This document shows positions 58,423-64,000 of a stretch of DNA of 64,000 bases, piece after piece. The notes below the pieces were generated by a model. The model did no database searches, was not told the origin of the DNA, and saw only the letters and a program-made list of their open reading frames with translations. A program made the translations under genes and the position numbers. The DNA is from a virus (lineage: Duplodnaviria; Caudoviricetes): the IMG/VR virus record IMGVR_UViG_3300021426_000064, positions 120,342-184,341 of that record. One strand, written 5' to 3'. Numbering within the stretch: position 1 is the first letter of the stretch; each line of letters opens with the position of its first letter.

Positions 58423-58471
58423 ATTCGATATCCATCCTTTCTTTTTTGCCGCCAATTTGACTGAGCGGCTT

Positions 58472-59971
58472 TTAACTGGCAACGGCTATACTTTTATACA
58501 CGCCGTCTCCAGAGAAAACATTTATTTCGATAAGATTATTCTCAATAGTTGTGGTCGTTTCCGTAGCGTTATCCGGGTCGGAATAATCGTTCTGCACGGT
58601 GCTCACATGCCCCTTATACACCCGCCCGCGGATAACATGCTTATGACCATTTCCTTCGTCGATAATTCCGTCCAGTTTTCCGGAAGCAATCATCTGACCA
58701 ATCTGCCCCTTCTTCAATGGGAGCAATGGTTTAATCTTTGTCTTTGGCGGAGTTTTATAGACTCCGTGAATATTGGATTCACTGAGCACGATTTCCAAAA
58801 TGGCCTTATCCATCATACTGCCCGTAACGAGATGAAGATCCCCTTTGTCATTCGACGGGATGGTTTTTATCGCTTCGGCGATCATATCGTCCGTAATCTC
58901 TTCTACGGGTTTGATGTTCATAAGGGCTTTGAAGTTTTCTTCCCGCTCTTCCTCTGTCATGTTCTGCGTATATCGCAGGGCCACCAAGGTATACTGTGCT
59001 TTAAAAACAGGGTCGGGCAACTTCAGGCTCCATAAGAATTTGTGCGTAGAACGCAAGGCCAGAATCTCTTTGGACCGCCACATAAAATCAGGGACCAACG
59101 CGAGAATAAGCCCGCCTTCTCGCATATATTTGCCAATGCGGGACATATCCTTGTTAAAGTCACTAGGTTTTACTACTTCTGTCGTGCGGGATTCATCGTG
59201 ATAGCATAACTTCTCAGTAAAACGGTGCACAGCAATATCCAGAGAATGGTTGGAAAAACGGAATGATTCTGTCGGGCCAATAGCAACCTTAGTAAAGCAC
59301 TTGCGTACATCCAGGTCAATTCGGTCACCTTCATTGCTGTGATACGTAGCATACAGCCGCTGCGGCACTGCGCCTTCTTCTGAGGTTTCCATTCCCTTAA
59401 TCTCTTTGGATAAGCCGACCATATACTCAATGTTCGACAATAGAATGTTATGTGTGCGCTGGCCAATAACCTTCTTTATAACAGACTCGATAATATCCTT
59501 ACCGGCATCATGTCCAAAACGAGGCTCGTCTTCATGCTTGTAGTTCGGGCAGAGATAAACCCGGCACTGCATAAAATCACGAGATTCTTCTTTGTCATTG
59601 CGAGAATTGCGGCGTATCTGGTAGGTGATATCATCTTCTTTTTCCGCAACAGTATCCATGAACGATTTGAACATGTCCAGAACGAAATCGTCCATTTCCT
59701 TGAGTTTCTTTAAATCGCAAATACTCTTCGCGCCTTTAATTAGGCGATTCGCAAGTCCCTCAAGCGTTGTTACATCTTCGCTGACAGAATATAAACACTT
59801 GATTTCATCCATGGCTTTGGATATGTCGTGTTCCTGCAGCAATATGTCTTTATATTTGCGGGCGGCAAGTTCTTCATTGTTCGGTGCTTTAAGTACTGCT
59901 TTTACGTCACTGATAACAATCTGCATTTTATCTGCCAAAATATGCCCCGCCGTAGATTCATGGTAAGCCAA
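58472..59971 (-). CDS. degenerate DNA methyltransferase-like protein (DUF6094-like)
   Basis: EGGLILALVP; C-terminal PLLPLKKGQIGQMIASGKLDG...HVIRGRV.K; no NPPY motif. Confidence 0.5.
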   Translation of the reverse strand: MAYHESTAGHILADKMQIVISDVKAVLKAPNNEELAARKYKDILLQEHDISKAMDEIKCLYSVSEDVTTLEGLANRLIKGAKSICDLKKLKEMDDFVLDMFKSFMDTVAEKEDDITYQIRRNSRNDKEESRDFMQCRVYLCPNYKHEDEPRFGHDAGKDIIESVIKKVIGQRTHNILLSNIEYMVGLSKEIKGMETSEEGAVPQRLYATYHSNEGDRIDLDVRKCFTKVAIGPTESFRFSNHSLDIAVHRFTEKLCYHDESRTTEVVKPSDFNKDMSRIGKYMREGGLILALVPDFMWRSKEILALRSTHKFLWSLKLPDPVFKAQYTLVALRYTQNMTEEEREENFKALMNIKPVEEITDDMIAEAIKTIPSNDKGDLHLVTGSMMDKAILEIVLSESNIHGVYKTPPKTKIKPLLPLKKGQIGQMIASGKLDGIIDEGNGHKHVIRGRVYKGHVSTVQNDYSDPDNATETTTTIENNLIEINVFSGDGVYKSIAVAS

Positions 59972-60031
59972 CTATATCACTCCTTTTACTTTCGATAATA
60001 ATGGGCAGAAGACACCCTCTGCCCAGTTTTC

Positions 60032-60871
60032 TTAGCTCGCTTTCTTGCGACGCTGTTCGTAGTTCTGTTTTATTTCCTGCTGTTTCTCAGGGGACAATGC
60101 GCGGTATCTGTCTCCCACAGGAAGGTCTAGTTCGCTTCTGGGGATATACACTTTATTTTCACGAGACAAGCGGATAGTATCCAAATGCTTTGCTGTATGC
60201 GAGATACGTTCCATCTGCTCGCGAATAACCCCGGCCAATGTTGCCAACGGCTTTAAGTCTTCCTGTGCGTTCTTAAATGCCTGCCGTTTTACTTCTAAAT
60301 GATGGCCAAGTTGGTAAAGCTTAAAACCTTCATAAGCATTGCGCTTGGGCATCCGAAGTTCATGCAGGAAATCCTGCAACTCTCTGTCTGCTTCAGACAC
60401 CTTGGAAGAACAGTATGAATACTGCGCTTCTACATTTTCCATCATTTCAATGAAGTCTTTTAGAACTTTTCGATAGCCCAGTATAGGGGCCATTTTGGGG
60501 TTATTGACGATGTAATATTCCGGATTTTCCTGCTCAGCGGTAAAACGATACTGGGCAAGCCCGGATTTTTTAGCCTGAGCCTTTACCGAAAGCTTCGGCG
60601 TCGGATTTTCCTGCTGCGGCCCTGTTTTTTCTGCAGGCATCACAGTATTTGTCTGGATAACCTTAAATGTGGTTTCCGGTTTTGTTTCAGCCGCTTTCTG
60701 TATGCGTTCATCCAGAGATATGTTGCTGTCCGCTGCAACCTGCTCTCTATTTTTCGCTTCCATCTCTTTGATCTGGTCAAAGAGCTTGTCCGTGCTGGAA
60801 CGGCACGCTTTTGGTCCATTGTTTGCTAACAGCTTTTTTACATCTAACCTACGTTTCTTTCCGTATTTCAT
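60032..60871 (-). CDS. hypothetical coiled-coil protein
   Basis: 279 aa, RBS GGAGGG; D.ELQD.LHE and Y.PR motifs. Confidence 0.7.
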   Translation of the reverse strand: MKYGKKRRLDVKKLLANNGPKACRSSTDKLFDQIKEMEAKNREQVAADSNISLDERIQKAAETKPETTFKVIQTNTVMPAEKTGPQQENPTPKLSVKAQAKKSGLAQYRFTAEQENPEYYIVNNPKMAPILGYRKVLKDFIEMMENVEAQYSYCSSKVSEADRELQDFLHELRMPKRNAYEGFKLYQLGHHLEVKRQAFKNAQEDLKPLATLAGVIREQMERISHTAKHLDTIRLSRENKVYIPRSELDLPVGDRYRALSPEKQQEIKQNYEQRRKKAS

Positions 60872-60968
60872 GGGGGCATTTACCCCTCCCTTCTTTGGAT
60901 AGGTTGAATTTATTTGTGCTCTACCTGTCCTTTATTTTATCACAAAACATGTAAGAAGTAAACACTAC

Positions 60969-61166
60969 TTACATGATTTTAACTACGCCGGGAATATTAA
61001 GTAGTTCGGCGATGCGCTCTTTTTCATGCTCGTGGCGGCATTTTCCACATACATATCCATAGGTTACAAAATCTGTGCCCTGGATTTGGTTTTCTTCCGT
61101 TGCTTCAATTTCTTTCCCGCAGATCTTACATTTGCAAATCATAGCTTTGTCTGTCATAAAAATCAT
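60969..61166 (-). CDS. small Zn-ribbon protein
   Basis: CKIC...CGKC. Confidence 0.6.
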   Translation of the reverse strand: MIFMTDKAMICKCKICGKEIEATEENQIQGTDFVTYGYVCGKCRHEHEKERIAELLNIPGVVKIM

Positions 61167-61174
61167 CCCTTCTT

Positions 61175-61546
61175 TTATAAACTTTCTCTTTTTAAGGCCA
61201 CGCCGCGCCGGCCCAACTTGATACCGTATTGAATGCAGTCTTCCGCAAACAACTTGAATGCGTCCTCGAATGCATCTACAATTATGTCTTTCTCTTCTTC
61301 GCTAAAATCCGGAAGCATACGAATTATGTTGATGAGGCCGTCCTTGGACTGTACTGATAATGGCGACAACGCCTTATTGATATCAATATTTTCCACAGCT
61401 TCCTCCTGTGGCCGAAAGGCCACTATACGTTTTCTAAATTCCTCAATGGGTAAAAGTTCCACCAATCCTTCCACCTGCCCTAAATAAAAAATAAGCCGCC
61501 CAGAAACGGGCGGCCGGTTATTATGCTGCGGCAATCTCCGCGGCAT
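61175..61546 (-). CDS. hypothetical protein (start uncertain)
   Basis: ORF between the NUDIX and Zn-ribbon genes. Confidence 0.45.
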   Translation of the reverse strand: MPRRLPQHNNRPPVSGRLIFYLGQVEGLVELLPIEEFRKRIVAFRPQEEAVENIDINKALSPLSVQSKDGLINIIRMLPDFSEEEKDIIVDAFEDAFKLFAEDCIQYGIKLGRRGVALKRESL

Positions 61547-62210
61547 GGTCTTTCAGATCATGGGCCAGGATTAGCTGAGCCCAGGACTCAAACTTATTAA
61601 AATTGCGTAACAGATCTTTTGGGGTCATCCATATACCAGCAAGGGTATCTGTCTCCCGAATTGACACCTTACCGCACTCATCTGCATCGATAACCATGTT
61701 ATATACCAGACCGAAGTGATCCGGCGTGGTGCTCTTAAGATCGCGCACTGTGCCGTGCTCAATTATCTTAATTGCGGTCTTCGGAATATTGTCCAGAACG
61801 AGTTCTTCATTCAGCTCACGATTAAGACTGTTAAGCATCATGCTCTGAACACCGCTGCGGTTGTCATCGCAGGGATTGACATGACCGCCAAAGCCTAAAG
61901 ACATTTTGCCTTCCAGTCTTTTATCGCCCTTAAGACGCTGGGAGACAAAATACTCGCCCTTCGTGTTGGATACGAGAACATACGGGATGGCCTGCACAAC
62001 GCCAATGTTGCCTTCAGCATCAGCTCGCTCGATAAACTTACCGTAAGGCAAAACCGCGCAGAACACGGACTTGGGAGTCTGTTTTTTGTTCCACGCGGTG
62101 AAACCATCATCTATAATCCCCGTCTGGGGGAACGGCACGACGTATACACGCTCATTGCCGTATTTTTCCTTTAGCTCTTCGTACCTTTGCTGTGTAATGT
62201 CCTTACGCAT
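61521..62210 (-). CDS. NUDIX-family phosphoesterase (COG4112-like)
   Basis: QAIPYV, SLGFGGHVN, RELNEEL, HFGLVY, ESWAQ. Confidence 0.85.
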   Translation of the reverse strand: MRKDITQQRYEELKEKYGNERVYVVPFPQTGIIDDGFTAWNKKQTPKSVFCAVLPYGKFIERADAEGNIGVVQAIPYVLVSNTKGEYFVSQRLKGDKRLEGKMSLGFGGHVNPCDDNRSGVQSMMLNSLNRELNEELVLDNIPKTAIKIIEHGTVRDLKSTTPDHFGLVYNMVIDADECGKVSIRETDTLAGIWMTPKDLLRNFNKFESWAQLILAHDLKDHAAEIAAA

Positions 62211-62473
62211 CAGTCGAACTTCAGCTGAGACTTGAAACCGAGCTTGTTCGTCTCAGCAATTTCGATGGCTTCGCCGGTCTGCGGGTTGCGGCCGGTACGT
62301 GCATTGGTGTGCTTCTTGAAGAACTTACCATAGCCGATAAAACGCACTTCTTCGCCTGCTTCTACTTTTTCTGCAATAGTCTTCCAGAATGCATTCAGAA
62401 CGGCCTTGGTATCCTTCGTGCATACACCCGTGTTTTCAGCAATCTGGTTAGTGAGTTCATTAATTCCGATCAT
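62210..62473 (-). CDS. hup: HU-family DNA-binding protein
   Basis: GEEVRFIGYGKF, ARTGRNPQTGE.I.I; start ATG 62473. Confidence 0.9.
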   Translation of the reverse strand: MIGINELTNQIAENTGVCTKDTKAVLNAFWKTIAEKVEAGEEVRFIGYGKFFKKHTNARTGRNPQTGEAIEIAETNKLGFKSQLKFD

Positions 62474-62538
62474 AGTATTGCGGACAGGAAACCCCGACCT
62501 TTTAGGTTGGGGAGGAATGTCCGCATTCACCTCTTTTC

Positions 62539-63804
62539 TTAAATATACGAAACCAAAACCGCTTTGCGATGTTCGATTCGTTTGATTTTTTTGCAGGAAA
62601 TGCCTGCACTTATTTTTGTGCCATCCAGTTTACGGATATCCATATAACCACTGGAACGGCGACCAAAGATAAATCCTTCTTGTCCAAGACATTCCACCCG
62701 GTCAAAAAGTTGATAGCCAAATACATGTTTTGGTGTTTGGTTCAGCTTGCGAGTACCGCCTTTGTTGATTTTGCATTTGTAAATCTGGCGGTTATGTTGC
62801 CGTTTTGGAACTACCAACAACGATTTCTCTAACCGTTTAGCATCCAAATTCTTCGTCACTACAAAAGCATCGCTCGCGTGGGTTTTGGTAATGTTTTTCT
62901 TTTCTCGCCAGTACTTTGTGATGTAGCCATAGGTACTGCAGACCTCGATGTCCGGGAACATGGCCTTCAGCCGGTTCATCAGTGTTTTACGCATGATACC
63001 CATAAAGGCTGCATCTCGTGTGCTGTTGCGTCTGCGTCTGCTGGTTGGCAGTTTTACAGCCCCGGCATGGTAGCCCGTGTGACAATCTACACAAAGTGTT
63101 ATCAGGTTGTCAGGAGCATCACCGCCGGTTTTACGGCTTTCCAGATGATGTACATGGAGCTTCACTGATTTGGTTTTAGTGTCATGTGCTCCACAACACT
63201 GGCAGGTGTAGCCGTCCCGGTGCAAAACATACTGTCTAACATTGTACTGATTGTACTGCTCGCCGAGCTGGTAATCCGTCCCGACCGGCAGTGGCTCTCC
63301 AGCCATCATGGCCTTCAACCGTTGCATATCAAACTCTGCTGTTTCAACGCGGATTGTCGTGAGTGGCAGGAGTTTTGTAACCAGCCGGATTCCTTGGATG
63401 TGATTCCAGATTTTTACCTCCACGGAGGGAGCCAGCCAGCCTTTATGTTTGGCATGAACCCTATTGTCGAATCGTGGCTGGCGATATCTGGTAGTTCTAT
63501 TGCGGCGAGAACGACGCATTTCCAACCGTGATGACATAAGCTCAGTTACATCATTGCGTGGCTGAAGTTCAGCAGAAAACAGTTCTTTCTCTTTCGTCGT
63601 GGCCGATAGCCCGACGTGCTTACTCCCGGCATCAACACCGAGGGTAATATCTTGGACAAAAGTTTTGCTTGTTCCCGTCAATCTAATGGTAAACGGGCAT
63701 CTTTTGACAACCGTAGCCTTACCAAACTTAAGGAGCAGCCGCACCTTAGCGTGGCTTTCAGTAGGCATAATCGGTTGTCCAGACTTACTTAGTACGTAGA
63801 CCAC
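62539..63804 (-). CDS. iscB: IscB RNA-guided endonuclease
   Basis: PLMP-like QPIMPT, RuvC-I LGVDAG, bridge helix RRSRR.R..RYR, RuvC-II VE, HNH HVHH...NLITLC..CH, RuvC-III HASDA; GTG start after GGGAGG. Confidence 0.93.
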   Translation of the reverse strand: MVYVLSKSGQPIMPTESHAKVRLLLKFGKATVVKRCPFTIRLTGTSKTFVQDITLGVDAGSKHVGLSATTKEKELFSAELQPRNDVTELMSSRLEMRRSRRNRTTRYRQPRFDNRVHAKHKGWLAPSVEVKIWNHIQGIRLVTKLLPLTTIRVETAEFDMQRLKAMMAGEPLPVGTDYQLGEQYNQYNVRQYVLHRDGYTCQCCGAHDTKTKSVKLHVHHLESRKTGGDAPDNLITLCVDCHTGYHAGAVKLPTSRRRRNSTRDAAFMGIMRKTLMNRLKAMFPDIEVCSTYGYITKYWREKKNITKTHASDAFVVTKNLDAKRLEKSLLVVPKRQHNRQIYKCKINKGGTRKLNQTPKHVFGYQLFDRVECLGQEGFIFGRRSSGYMDIRKLDGTKISAGISCKKIKRIEHRKAVLVSYI

Positions 63805-63814
63805 AGCACGGCCT

Positions 63815-63981
63815 CCCTTCTCGAAAATTTTGTCCCCTATCGAAGCAGGGGGGTAACACCCACCAAAGTGGGGTAAGTTGTCCGTAGCCAATGTTATCCT
63901 GAGGCTTTGTATATTTGCAGCACTGTCCCTACCCATCAGGATTGTTTAACTACAAACCGCAGTGCGGCAGATTCGGACTCA
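63815..63981 (-). ncRNA. omega RNA (HEARO-like), partial
   Basis: CTGCGG...TTAAACA.TCCTGA.GGGTAGGGACAGTG.TGCA...CCTCAGGATAACATTGGC pattern typical of IscB leaders. Confidence 0.75.
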
Positions 63982-64000
63982 AGATCGGAAGAGCGTCGTG
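63982..64000 (+). other. Illumina TruSeq adapter contamination
   Basis: AGATCGGAAGAGCGTCGTG exact adapter prefix at the window end. Confidence 0.97.

Larger units (their letters stand above)
62474..63981 (-). mobile_element. IS200/IS605-superfamily IscB (OMEGA) element, 5' end truncated
   Basis: omega-RNA-like leader, iscB and 3' terminal hairpin GCGGACA..CCCCAACC-TAAA-AGGTCGGGG..TGTCCGC. Confidence 0.85.

Noticed and set aside
63805-63936. N-terminal 44 codons of the IscB ORF in the track
   Set aside because: They overlap the omega RNA; RBS and PLMP motif support the GTG at 63804
1-64000. tRNA/rRNA genes and alternative genetic code
   Set aside because: No cloverleaf or rRNA recognised by eye (tRNAscan-SE would be decisive); long genes are intact under code 11

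Overview
The window looks like a 64-kb piece of a large tailed phage (or phage-plasmid) of an anaerobic Firmicute, probably Negativicutes (host is inference). Genes from 1 to ~47.8 kb are almost all on + and genes from ~47.8 kb to the end are all on -. Replication and expression module (1-21 kb): AEP primase, DnaB-like helicase, antirepressor, GroES, PD-(D/E)XK nucleases, sigma-like factor, LemA/TPM pair, RecJ, DnaE, metallophosphoesterase. Tail-fibre/receptor-binding module (21.7-39.6 kb): three paralogous gene families, with an embedded Cys-rich protein, radical SAM/SPASM enzyme and Pol-beta nucleotidyltransferase, plus a DGR-type target gene whose RT and TR are not in the window. Region 39.95-50.36 kb: lysis genes, a convergent ADP-ribosyltransferase/ADP-ribosylhydrolase pair, a type I toxin-antitoxin locus missed by the ORF track, an XRE regulator and a XerD-like recombinase. 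This region is bracketed by two inverted 36-bp sites that resemble a palindrome upstream of the recombinase. Minus-strand arm: C39-type virion hydrolase, RtcB, SNF2-like helicase with a degenerate methyltransferase-like partner, NUDIX, HU and an IscB/omega-RNA element. The last 19 nt are Illumina adapter. All protein calls come from motif recognition by eye; no database searches were run.
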